64,000 nucleotides of DNA from NCBI GenBank assembly GCA_019313905.1, contig JAFDAI010000001.1:20275-84274 (forward strand). The letters are read 5' to 3'. The notes under the pieces are model-generated. The model was given only the letters and a program-made list of their open reading frames with translations. It was not told the origin of the DNA and made no database searches. Below, piece by piece: positions 16,330 to 25,645 of this stretch. The first letter of the stretch is position 1. Each line of letters opens with the position of its first letter. The translations under genes were made by a program, and so were the position numbers. The DNA is from Deltaproteobacteria bacterium. GTDB taxonomy: Bacteria; Desulfobacterota; Syntrophia; Syntrophales; UBA2210.

Positions 16330-17337
16330 ATGGATAAATCTGTAAAGAAGAAGATCGCGTTTTGTTTTCCCGGCCAGGCAACCCACTACCCGGGTATGGG
16401 AAAGAAAATTGCCCATGCGCACAAAGAAGCCATGGAGTTCTATGAATATGCCAACGATCTCACCGGGGCCCCTATCTCCAAGCTGTGCTTTGAAGGCCCT
16501 GAAGAAGAGTTGGTACTAACGGAGTTTGCTCAGCCCTGTATCCATACTACCAGTCTGGCTATTCTCCAGGTCCTGGAGAAGCAATACGGTCTAAAAGCCG
16601 AAGTCACAGGAGGATACAGCTTGGGGCAGTATAGCGCCCTGGTCTATGCCAAGGCCCTGAAATTTGAACAGTCTGTGAAGGTGGTAAAGTACAGGGGGTT
16701 CTTTATGCAGACTGCCGTACCCGTGGGAACCGGAAAGATGGTCGCCCTGCTTGGCATAAACGCGGAAGATGTGGACCAACTCGTCCTCGACTGTGAACCG
16801 GCAGGTCATATCCAGATCTCAAATTACAGCTGCCCCGGCGAGTGCATCATATCCGGGGATAATGCATCTATGGATCTCGCTCATAAACTGGCGATTGAGA
16901 GGGGCGGCAAGGCTATCTTCATACCTGTCAGCGCCCCTTTTCACACCTCCCTGCTCATTCCGGCGGCGAGGAAGCTCCTTGTAGAACTGGACAAGATAGA
17001 CATAAGAGACCCGCAGATACCATATGTTGATAATGTTCCGGGAGGCTATTTTATACCGGGAAAGGACAGCGTTAAACTATTCCTGATGACACACGTTTAT
17101 AAACCGGTGAGGTGGGAGACGTCCATGTACGCCATGCTGGACCAGGGAGTCAATACCTTTATCGAATTGGGCTCAAGAAATTTCCTGACAAAGGTGAACA
17201 AAAGGTGCTGCATAGCAAAGGGCAAGGAGGACGAAACGCTCTGCCTGAATGTAAGGGACCTGGATGGTATAGAGAACATGCTGCGGGTTATGGACGATCC
17301 GAGTCTTTATAATAAAGACATCAAGGCTCCATACTAA
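16330..17337 (+). CDS. ACP S-malonyltransferase-like acyltransferase (FabD family), orphan
   Basis: FCFPGQATHYPGMG, active-site GYSLGQYSAL (GHSxG-type nucleophile elbow), YRGFFMQ (malonyl-selecting Arg) and VSAPFHTSLL (catalytic His). AAGGAG lies upstream of the ATG. Confidence 0.85.
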   Translation: MDKSVKKKIAFCFPGQATHYPGMGKKIAHAHKEAMEFYEYANDLTGAPISKLCFEGPEEELVLTEFAQPCIHTTSLAILQVLEKQYGLKAEVTGGYSLGQYSALVYAKALKFEQSVKVVKYRGFFMQTAVPVGTGKMVALLGINAEDVDQLVLDCEPAGHIQISNYSCPGECIISGDNASMDLAHKLAIERGGKAIFIPVSAPFHTSLLIPAARKLLVELDKIDIRDPQIPYVDNVPGGYFIPGKDSVKLFLMTHVYKPVRWETSMYAMLDQGVNTFIELGSRNFLTKVNKRCCIAKGKEDETLCLNVRDLDGIENMLRVMDDPSLYNKDIKAPY

Positions 17338-17360
17338 ATAAATCAGCGGCTAATCATTAA

Positions 17361-17397
17361 AAAGGCCCTCGGTCAGATCATTGACCGAGGGCCTTTT
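17361..17397. terminator. Bidirectional rho-independent terminator between the fabD-like gene and crt
   Basis: AAAGGCCCTCGGTCA-gatcat-TGACCGAGGGCCTTT stem-loop, flanked by an A-run on the left and a T-run on the right. Confidence 0.8.
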
Positions 17398-17430
17398 CTA
17401 TACTTTTCAGTACATCTTTTTAGTCATAGA

Positions 17431-18213
17431 CTACTTACCGGAAAAAGCTGGTTTCCTTTTGTCCACAAAAGCTGACATGCCTTCTTTTTTGTCATCGGTT
17501 GCACAGGTAACAGCAAACAGTGTCGCTTCATATTCCTGACCGGAAGCCAGGTCAATATCCAGACCCATATTAACTGCATCCTTGCAAAGCCTTACAGCAT
17601 AGGGACCATTCTTCATTATCTTCTTGGCCATGGCCTTGGCTGTTTCCATCAGCTCCTCGGGAGCCACAACCTTCTGTACCAGGCCGACGCTTAAGGCTTC
17701 CTGAGCATCATAAACACCACCTGTGAAAAGAATCTCCTTGGCTTTACCTTTGCCTATCAGACGCGGTAAACGCTGGGTTCCGCCAAAACCGGGTACTATC
17801 CCCAGGCCCACTTCAGGCTGTCCGAACTTGGCTTTTTCCGAGGCAATCCTGATGTCACAGGTCATGGCCAGTTCACAGCCACCCCCCAGGGCAAACCCGT
17901 TGATGGCAGCTATAACAGGTTTGTTCATTTTCTCAATTTTAAAGAATGTAGCCTGTCCCAGCTGTCCAAAGGTCCGCCCATCGGCAGCGGTGAAATTCAG
18001 CATCTCAACAATATCAGCACCGGCCACAAAGGATCTCTCCGCTCCCGTTATAATGACAACCTTAACGGAATCATCCGCGGCGATCTCATCCACCAATGAC
18101 GAAAGTTCACTCAGGGTTTCCGAATTCAGAGCATTCAGAGCCTTTGGCCTGTTCATGGTCAAAATGCCTATACCGTCCTGATTTTCAAAAAGCAAATTTT
18201 TATATTCTGCCAT
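17431..18213 (-). CDS. crt: Short-chain enoyl-CoA hydratase (crotonase)
   Basis: 260 aa with crotonase-fold motifs FVAGADI and GFALGGGCELAMTCDIRIA. It lies downstream of hbd. Confidence 0.9.
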   Translation of the reverse strand: MAEYKNLLFENQDGIGILTMNRPKALNALNSETLSELSSLVDEIAADDSVKVVIITGAERSFVAGADIVEMLNFTAADGRTFGQLGQATFFKIEKMNKPVIAAINGFALGGGCELAMTCDIRIASEKAKFGQPEVGLGIVPGFGGTQRLPRLIGKGKAKEILFTGGVYDAQEALSVGLVQKVVAPEELMETAKAMAKKIMKNGPYAVRLCKDAVNMGLDIDLASGQEYEATLFAVTCATDDKKEGMSAFVDKRKPAFSGK

Positions 18214-18233
18214 GATATTTACTCCTCCCGTTA

Positions 18234-19097
18234 TTATTTCTTATAATCGTTGTAGAAGCCCCGTCCTGCCTTTTTACCAAGCCAGCCGGCTTCAACATAT
18301 TTCCTCAACAGGGGACAGGGACGATATTTGGTATCGCCGTATTCCTCATAAAGAATCTCCATCACATGCAGGATGGTGTCCAGACCTATAGCGTCACAAA
18401 GGCGGATAGGTCCAATGGGATGATTGAATCCCAGGAGAGCTACACTATCGATAGTTTCAGGCTCAGCTACACCCTCAAATATGGCATAGATGGCTTCGTT
18501 TATCATGGGAATCATAACACGATTACCCACAAATCCGGGGGAATCCGCGACTTTGATGAACGTCTTGTTGGGAAGACTGTTACCCAGATCTTCAATGCTC
18601 TTGGCGGTTTCTTCATCGGTTGCCAGTCCAATGACACCTTCGATCAGTTTCATGATGGGAACAGGGCTGAAGAAATGCATGCCTATCATCTTGTGAGGCC
18701 GACTGGTAACACTCCCCATAGCCGTAACAGGAAGCGTGGATGTGTTGGTAGCAAAAATGGTTCGCTCGGGACACCATTCATCAAGCTTCTTGAAAATAGA
18801 CTTTTTGAGATCCATATCTTCGATAACTGCTTCCATGGCCAGATCCACATCACAGTCTTTGGGACCCCATTCTACCCCTGTAGTGATACGACCCATGACG
18901 GCATCTTTTTCATCCTGCGTCATTTTGCCCTTTTCAACACTTCTGTTCAGATTTTTCTCGATGGTCGCGATACCCTTGTCGACAAACTCCTGCTTAACAT
19001 CAAACATGGCCACCTGGCGGCCGGACATGGCCATAACCTGGGTAATTCCATTCCCCATCTGACCGGCGCCGATCATTAGAACTTTTTTAATTTCCAT
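18234..19097 (-). CDS. hbd: 3-hydroxybutyryl-CoA dehydrogenase
   Basis: N-terminal Rossmann motif VLMIGAGQMGNGI, the HFFSPVP motif, 287 aa. Confidence 0.9.
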   Translation of the reverse strand: MEIKKVLMIGAGQMGNGITQVMAMSGRQVAMFDVKQEFVDKGIATIEKNLNRSVEKGKMTQDEKDAVMGRITTGVEWGPKDCDVDLAMEAVIEDMDLKKSIFKKLDEWCPERTIFATNTSTLPVTAMGSVTSRPHKMIGMHFFSPVPIMKLIEGVIGLATDEETAKSIEDLGNSLPNKTFIKVADSPGFVGNRVMIPMINEAIYAIFEGVAEPETIDSVALLGFNHPIGPIRLCDAIGLDTILHVMEILYEEYGDTKYRPCPLLRKYVEAGWLGKKAGRGFYNDYKK

Positions 19098-19211
19098 TAT
19101 ACAGCACTCCTTTCTAATATATTGTTAACGTGTTCAATCTAAAAATTTTAAGCAAAGACCTAATCTGCGGTATCCACAGACAGATTATCTCCTCTTCTTT
19201 TCATATGCCTG

Positions 19212-19248
19212 GAGAGAACCCTCGCCTGGCTTACACGAGGGTCCTCTC
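19212..19248 (-). other. Intercistronic stem-loop between acd and hbd
   Basis: GAGAGAACCCTCG / CGAGGGTCCTCTC form a 13-bp stem with one mismatch and an 11-nt loop. No T-tract follows on either strand. Confidence 0.4.
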
Positions 19249-19297
19249 GATTCCATAGCACATTACTTGTCGGAAAACGAAACTGCGGTGCGATATT

Positions 19298-20440
19298 CTA
19301 ATCTTTCTGAACATGCCGCCCGAGTGTCATGATCTCCGCTTCCTTCGTCCCCTCGTAGAGTTCGAGGATCTTGGCATCGCGGTACCACTTCTGAACCGGA
19401 TAGTCCTCGAAGTAGCCATAGCTCCCGTGGAGTTCCACGGCGTAGTTGGCGGAGGAAACAGCGGTCTTTCCGCCGAAGTACTTCGCCATCGCCGAGAGCG
19501 TGAAATCAGGATTCCCATTATCAATCAGCCAGCCAGCCTTGTAAACCATGCCTCTGAGGGCTTCAATATTGACCGCCATCTCCGTGAGCTTCATCTGGGA
19601 TATCTGAAAGCTGCCGAGCGGTTTACCAAAGGCCATTCGCTGCTTGACATACTTGACGCTCTCCTCGAGGCAGGCCTCGGAAAGGCCGAGACACTGACCG
19701 GCAATCCAGACGCGGGTCGTGTCAAAGAGATTCATGAGCTGGCGGAAACCATTTCCTTCCGTTCCAACAAGGTTGGCCTGGGGAACGCGCACTTCATCAA
19801 AGGCAACCTCTGACGTATCACTCGACCGGAGTCCCAGTTTTCCTGTCATATGGTTCGTGGTCACTCCCTTCGTGTTAGTCGGGACAATGATCTGGCTGAA
19901 CTGGTCATGCCTCTTCGCATCGGGATCTGTGATGCACTGCACCAGCATAAAGTCGCTGTACGAGGCGTTGGTGATGAATATTTTGTTACCGGTGATCACA
20001 AAATCGTTCCCATCTTTGACGGCCCGCGTTTTATAACCGGCAACGTCCGTACCGGCGTCGGGCTCCGTAAAGGCCCCGGCGCTTATCCACTCGCCCTTAC
20101 ATACTTTCGGGAGATATGTCTTTTTCTGTTCTTCTGAGCCATAATGGAGAATATCCTCACAGCCAAAGCTTGCGGCCCATATGTTGTGACCGATCGCCAT
20201 GTCCACCCTGGAAATCTGTTCGGTGATGAGGGCGTTTCCCAGACTGCCCATCCCTGCTCCGCCGTACTCCTCGGGAATCCACGCGCCGACGAGGCCTACT
20301 TCCGCAGCCTCCGTGACGAGATCCCGCGTGTACTTCTCTTCCCGGTCACACTCCTCCGTCAGGGGGGGGAATTTGTCCTTGGCAAAGCGGTACGTCATGT
20401 CTTGCAACATCTGATGTTCACTAGTTAATTCAAAATCCAT
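19298..20440 (-). CDS. Acyl-CoA dehydrogenase (short-chain/butyryl-CoA dehydrogenase-like)
   Basis: 380 aa, typical ACAD layout (MDFELTSEHQMLQD..., C-terminal YEGTKEAEIMTLGR). GGAGGAAAAAGG lies upstream of the ATG. Confidence 0.9.
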   Translation of the reverse strand: MDFELTSEHQMLQDMTYRFAKDKFPPLTEECDREEKYTRDLVTEAAEVGLVGAWIPEEYGGAGMGSLGNALITEQISRVDMAIGHNIWAASFGCEDILHYGSEEQKKTYLPKVCKGEWISAGAFTEPDAGTDVAGYKTRAVKDGNDFVITGNKIFITNASYSDFMLVQCITDPDAKRHDQFSQIIVPTNTKGVTTNHMTGKLGLRSSDTSEVAFDEVRVPQANLVGTEGNGFRQLMNLFDTTRVWIAGQCLGLSEACLEESVKYVKQRMAFGKPLGSFQISQMKLTEMAVNIEALRGMVYKAGWLIDNGNPDFTLSAMAKYFGGKTAVSSANYAVELHGSYGYFEDYPVQKWYRDAKILELYEGTKEAEIMTLGRHVQKD

Positions 20441-21009
20441 AACCTTTTTCCTCCTTCTTATTATTGGTTCTTAAAAAAATCTCTTGCACCACAGAGCCCC
20501 TGTGTCATTGAAGACACAAGGTCTCTCCCGTTATCTGAACCTCTTCCGGTGCTCAATTTTACTGAGTTTCCCGCTAGGGGTTCCGGGAATCTTACTATAC
20601 TTGTCCAGAACGGTATATTTAAGGAGCTTTCACTCCCCGGTGCACTTCACTATATAAACTTATAATCTTCTCTTCTACTCGGAAAGACCGCCGGCCCTGA
20701 CAAACGGACTTGATAAAATATCTGGCAGCGTTTTACGTTGAGGAGACCTGAGCACAAATCCAAATGAACTACCCCGCCGCAAGCAACTAAACATTAGTTA
20801 GGACAAACTGTTAGTAATCCTGCGGCAAGTAGCAGAAGAAATAACTCTCTGCAAAGCCAGTTGTGGACTCTATTCTATGACGTTAATTAGGTCAAGAAAT
20901 ATTTTTGTCGGGAGCACATAATATGTTCGGTCTATATTCGCTACACTTAAAATCCTATAACAATTAGAACGTATTTTTGTTACGAAAGGGTTTTAATGGT
21001 CCCTTTGCA

Positions 21010-21969
21010 TCAGGCGGAAAAGGTGAGCTTTGTCCCGCTCATGTTAAAGATGAACCGGTCCGGCATCTCTTTTTCCATGTGCATAACAGCTTTTCTACCC
21101 GTACAATGACAGGGAATGATATAGTCGGGGTCAATTTTTTTCATCGCTTCCGTTGTCGCTTCAATGATCGGCTCAAAGAGCGGTCCGGCAAGATGAAACC
21201 CACCCATAACAACGTGTATCTTCTCTATCCCCGTCACCCTTCTGGCATGATTTACGGTGTTAATGATACCCGAATGGGAACACCCCGAAAGGACAATAAG
21301 TCCCTTCCCTTTCACATTCATGGCAATGGCGGTATCATCCTCAATGGGATCCCATTCTTCTTTTCCGTCTTGCTTCCGGTAGGCAATGGGAAAGCCCCTT
21401 TCAAAGTCCGTTGTGCGTTCTATCTCTCCCAAAAACAGAACACGACTGTCAAGAAGAGGGTATGGCCTGGTTGTTTCAATTATTTCGATTTCCTCTTTTT
21501 CCAGTTCCTCCCTGATCAACCTCGGAAAAAACATCTTAAAACGGGGGAAGGGTTTGAGATATCGTGGGTAAGAAAATGCACGGGGATGAAGAACAAGTTG
21601 AATTCCACGCTTGCCGATCATACGGGTCAACTCGGCAATTCCCCCAAAATGATCGCTGTGGCCGTGCGAGAGAGCCATGATCTCTACTTCTTCCATAGAA
21701 ACTCCGAGGGCTCTCGCATTATAGGCCGCCCCGTTTGGGGAAAAACCAAAGTCGAAGAGCATGGTCCTTGTTGAATTCCCCGCCGTGGTCCTCACAATGA
21801 CCGAGAAGCCGTGCTCGGCCTGGATGGAGTTCTTGATCTCGCCGTCCAGCATCGGTGTGGCCCGTTTGACTATATTGCTGTTGTCCTGTGAGGTGACGTC
21901 GATATAATTATCCTGAAGGCTTAGAATTTCTACCCTGTCAACCTCCGTGACATTGATTTGACTCGTCAT
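21010..21969 (-). CDS. MBL-fold metallo-hydrolase (COG1237-like)
   Basis: HGHSDHFGG metal-binding motif, 319 aa. Confidence 0.8.
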   Translation of the reverse strand: MTSQINVTEVDRVEILSLQDNYIDVTSQDNSNIVKRATPMLDGEIKNSIQAEHGFSVIVRTTAGNSTRTMLFDFGFSPNGAAYNARALGVSMEEVEIMALSHGHSDHFGGIAELTRMIGKRGIQLVLHPRAFSYPRYLKPFPRFKMFFPRLIREELEKEEIEIIETTRPYPLLDSRVLFLGEIERTTDFERGFPIAYRKQDGKEEWDPIEDDTAIAMNVKGKGLIVLSGCSHSGIINTVNHARRVTGIEKIHVVMGGFHLAGPLFEPIIEATTEAMKKIDPDYIIPCHCTGRKAVMHMEKEMPDRFIFNMSGTKLTFSA

Positions 21970-22280
21970 CGATTCGTTCCTTTCTTACGCCTTTGTCTTT
22001 GTTCAGACTGTATATTCCCGGTGTACTAACAGAATATCACTCCGCATGTCCAGTGGAATTTACTCCCTCTTCAGTGTAATATGTCGCACAAGGAATCCCG
22101 CAGACTGACGCGGAGATTGTGGAAAAGCGCCATTTCCGGATGGGAACTAAATAGATTGAAAAAGCAGGATGGGTAGTGTATATGTCGCATAAGGTGCATG
22201 GGGTTAAATATTATTGACTCTGTGCATTGTTGTTTTATGGCAGACAATCATTTCAACAGATGCAAATCGGAGAAAGAACT

Positions 22281-22754
22281 ATGAACAAATTTCCTATAAC
22301 AATAGCAGGATTTGAAAGATTAAAAAAAGAGCTGACCCGCCTGAAAAAGGTTGAAGTGCCGGCAAATATAAGAGACATCGAAGAAGCCAGAGCCCATGGT
22401 GATATCTCGGAAAACGCCGAATACGCCGCGGCAAAAGAAAGACAGTCATTTATCCAGGGAAAGATCCAGGAGATAGAAAATAATCTTGCCATGTCAAGCA
22501 TTGTCGATCTGAAGAATCTGACTGATGAGATGGTCGTCTTTGGAACAACTGTTACGATAGAGGATACCGATACGGGAGAAGTAACACGCTATCAGCTTGT
22601 AGGACCATTTGAATCCGACATGAGCAGAAATCAGATATCCGTTACTTCCCCAATAGGCAAGGCACTTCTCAGAAAAGAAGTGGGGGATGAAGTTAAGGCC
22701 AACACCCCGGGAGGTATCAGAGAATTTGAAATTGTGGATATAGTCATAGAATGA
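22281..22754 (+). CDS. greA: Transcription elongation factor GreA
   Basis: MNKFPITIAGFERLKKEL...AHGDISENAEYAAAKERQ. GGAGAAAG lies upstream of ATG 22281; the listed ORF starts further upstream. Confidence 0.9.
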   Translation: MNKFPITIAGFERLKKELTRLKKVEVPANIRDIEEARAHGDISENAEYAAAKERQSFIQGKIQEIENNLAMSSIVDLKNLTDEMVVFGTTVTIEDTDTGEVTRYQLVGPFESDMSRNQISVTSPIGKALLRKEVGDEVKANTPGGIREFEIVDIVIE

Positions 22755-22873
22755 GACGCCCGGCCACAAACCCATGGGAGGCTGTCCGAAAACAAGAACA
22801 AAATTTCTTTAAAAATCTTTATCACCAATGGAAATTTTCAAAATCCCTGGAGAAAGTACAAGACATTATCTGC

Positions 22874-24352
22874 TTATTTCACTTTCCATGTGGTGGAGGT
22901 GGATGTGTCTTTAATGATAATCCCCCTGGCAGCCAAAAGATCTCTCAATTCATCGGCGCGGCCCCAATCTCTGGACTCTCTTGCCTTTTTCCTCTCATCA
23001 ATTAACCGCTCTACTTCTTTCACATCCAGACCCGATTTTCCGGTTTCTCTCTTTCTGTCCTTTTCGAAATATTCATCGGGGTCTTCCAGCAACAATCCCA
23101 GCACCTTGCCTGCGCTTTTCATATGTCTTTTTGCCTCACTAAGGACAAAAAGTGATTCCCCGGTGGGCGCAAAATCCTTTGAGGTATAACCGTTTATAAT
23201 ACGTACACTGTCAAACATGTATCCTATTGCCCTGGCGGTGTTGAAATCATCATCCATGGCCTCTTTGAATCTGTCGGGAAGCATACTCACCTTCTTGAAC
23301 ACTTCTTCGTCTTCTCCGGAGAGATCTTTTTCGGAAGTGTCGGAGAAATCAACCCCATCATCAAGCGCATCCTTTATGTTCTTCAGCATGGCATAAAATC
23401 TCTCCATGCCCATTCTTGCCTCGGCGATGGAGGCATCAGAAAAATCTATGTAGCTTTTATAGTGACTCTGAAGGATAAAGAATCTTACCACTTCCGGATG
23501 GTAGGCGGTCAACACCTCTTTTATGGTAAGGGTGTTTCCGAGAGATTTTGACATCTTTTCATCGTTTACCTTTATGAAACCATTGTGTATCCAATAGTTT
23601 GCAAAGGGTTTCCCCGTAGCGCCCTCCGATTGAGCTATCTCGTTCTCGTGGTGTGGAAATATCAGGTCTTCACCACCACCATGAATATCAAAAGTGTCTC
23701 CCAGAAATCTCTGGCTCATTGCGGAACATTCTATATGCCATCCCGGCCTGCCCCTGCCCCATGGACTGTTCCACCAGGGCTCTCCCTCTTTGCTGGATTT
23801 CCATAGCACAAAATCAAAGGGGTTTTTCTTTTTTTTGTCCACATCAATCCTGGCGCCGGCCAGCATGTCGTCCAGCCCCCTGCCCGACAATTTGCCGTAT
23901 CCTTTAAACTTTTCCACGGAATAATACACATCGCCGTCGACAACGTAGGCAATGCCCTTTTCTATAAGGGTGTCTATAAGACGGATCATCCCCTTTATGT
24001 TTTCAGTCGCCTTGGGTGTTATTGTAGGTCTGACCACTCCAAGACGGTCCATGTCCTCATTATGTTCCTTTATATATCTCTCCGATATATCGTATATATC
24101 AGAACCCTCCGCGTTTGCTTTCCCGATAATCTTGTCATCAACATCGGTGAAATTCTTTACATATGTTACATCATAACCTGCATACTTCAGGTATCTGTAA
24201 ATAACATCAAAAACCAATGCCGATCTGGCATGTCCGATATGGCACACGTCATATGCAGTAATTCCACAGACATAGATGCCTGCTTTTCCTTCCTTGACAG
24301 GAACGAACTTCTCTTTTTTCTTTGTCAGGGTATTATAAAATCTTAGACTCAT
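22874..24352 (-). CDS. cysS: Cysteine--tRNA ligase
   Basis: Class I signatures CHIGHARS (HIGH) and KMSKSLGN (KMSKS), 492 aa. Confidence 0.95.
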   Translation of the reverse strand: MSLRFYNTLTKKKEKFVPVKEGKAGIYVCGITAYDVCHIGHARSALVFDVIYRYLKYAGYDVTYVKNFTDVDDKIIGKANAEGSDIYDISERYIKEHNEDMDRLGVVRPTITPKATENIKGMIRLIDTLIEKGIAYVVDGDVYYSVEKFKGYGKLSGRGLDDMLAGARIDVDKKKKNPFDFVLWKSSKEGEPWWNSPWGRGRPGWHIECSAMSQRFLGDTFDIHGGGEDLIFPHHENEIAQSEGATGKPFANYWIHNGFIKVNDEKMSKSLGNTLTIKEVLTAYHPEVVRFFILQSHYKSYIDFSDASIAEARMGMERFYAMLKNIKDALDDGVDFSDTSEKDLSGEDEEVFKKVSMLPDRFKEAMDDDFNTARAIGYMFDSVRIINGYTSKDFAPTGESLFVLSEAKRHMKSAGKVLGLLLEDPDEYFEKDRKRETGKSGLDVKEVERLIDERKKARESRDWGRADELRDLLAARGIIIKDTSTSTTWKVK

Positions 24353-24406
24353 ATATAACCTCTCGATTCATCGGGTAGTCCACTCTCCGGTGCCTGCGCA
24401 GATCCC

Positions 24407-25444
24407 TTAAGGAAACAGGGATATATGATTCAGGCCGGCGTCCTCCGGAAGGCCACACATGAGATTCATGTTTTGCACCGCCTGACCGGAAGCGCCCTTT
24501 ACCAGATTGTCTATGGCTGACACGACGATCACCCTTCCCGTACGTCCGTCAACAGCGATTCCTATATCACAGTTGTTGGAACCCCTGACCGAAGAAATAT
24601 TCGGTAAAGTACCCGGTTTGCATATTCTTACAAACTTCTCATCACCGTAGAATTTCTCATAGATATCCAGAAGCTCAGTTTCGGACATATCACTATGAAG
24701 ATCCGCATATATTGTATTGAGAATTCCCCTGTCTACCGGCGCAAGATGGGGGGCAAAGGAAACTTTTATGGCCGTATCTGCAATGCGCCCAAGCTCCTGC
24801 TCTATCTCCGGGGTGTGACGATGTGATGCTATCTTATATGCCCGGAATCCCTCATTCACTTCACAGAAAAGCGAACCGAGTTGCAGTTCACGTCCGGACC
24901 CGCTTACACCTGATTTTGAATCCGCTATAATGGATGAAGTATCAATACACCCCTCGCTTAACAGAGGCGCAAGTCCCAGGATAATCCCGGTAGGATAACA
25001 ACCGGGATTGGCAACAAAATTCGCTCCCTTCAGATCATCTCTGTACAACTCGGGAAGTCCATAGACGGCCTTGCACACCAGATCGGGAGAGGTGTGCCCC
25101 GTGTACCACTCCTCATATACCGATACATCTCTCAAACGAAAATCGGCGCTGAGGTCTATGACCTTTATGCCAGCTGCAACAAATTCCGGAGCCACTTTCA
25201 TAGCCTCTCCGTGCGGGAGCGCCAGGAATACAACCTCACAGGAGGATATAAGGTTTTTCGGAAACGAATCCGCAAATTCCAGGTCTGTAATGCCGGCAAA
25301 TGCCGGGTACACTTCGGAAACCGGAATATCCCTGAATTTCCTCGAAGTGAGGGCAACAACATCTGTATCGGGATGACCAACTAAAAGCCTTAAAAGTTCC
25401 TGACCGGTATAGCCGCTCGCTCCGTATATACCTACCTTCAACAT
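24407..25444 (-). CDS. argC: N-acetyl-gamma-glutamyl-phosphate reductase
   Basis: MLKVGIYGASGYTGQELLRLL N-terminus and the active-site region NPGCYPT. GGAGG lies 7 nt before ATG 25444. Confidence 0.92.
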   Translation of the reverse strand: MLKVGIYGASGYTGQELLRLLVGHPDTDVVALTSRKFRDIPVSEVYPAFAGITDLEFADSFPKNLISSCEVVFLALPHGEAMKVAPEFVAAGIKVIDLSADFRLRDVSVYEEWYTGHTSPDLVCKAVYGLPELYRDDLKGANFVANPGCYPTGIILGLAPLLSEGCIDTSSIIADSKSGVSGSGRELQLGSLFCEVNEGFRAYKIASHRHTPEIEQELGRIADTAIKVSFAPHLAPVDRGILNTIYADLHSDMSETELLDIYEKFYGDEKFVRICKPGTLPNISSVRGSNNCDIGIAVDGRTGRVIVVSAIDNLVKGASGQAVQNMNLMCGLPEDAGLNHISLFP

Positions 25445-25456
25445 AAAAACACCTCC

Positions 25457-25487
25457 AAATAAAAAGAGGGGGCCAATGGCCCCCTCT
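25457..25487 (-). terminator. Rho-independent terminator downstream of rplM-rpsI, abutting the argC SD
   Basis: Minus strand: AGAGGGGGCC-att-GGCCCCCTCT followed by TTTTTATTT, then GGAGG and the argC ATG. Confidence 0.65.
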
Positions 25488-25645
25488 TCTCGAGACCTTT
25501 GCAAAACATCCTCTTTCGCCCAATTTCGGCGTCAGGCTCAAATTTTAATCCCCAAAATACTCAATGTATTCCTGCGGTTAAAATTTCTGCCTTCCTTGAA
25601 CTTGAACGAAACTGAACATTTTGCAAAAGTCCCGCCTCACTGCTC

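Noticed and set aside
18366-19079. 237-aa plus-strand ORF
   Set aside because: It is antisense to hbd, which has a clear Rossmann motif and operon context.
20977-21774. 265-aa plus-strand ORF
   Set aside because: It is antisense to the MBL-fold hydrolase (HGHSDH motif). It has no SD and unremarkable composition.
25540-25620. 13-codon minus-strand mini-ORF (MFSFVQVQGRQKF) upstream of argC, considered as an arginine attenuation leader peptide
   Set aside because: It contains only one Arg codon and no run of regulatory codons. Its position relative to the terminator does not suggest alternative pairing.
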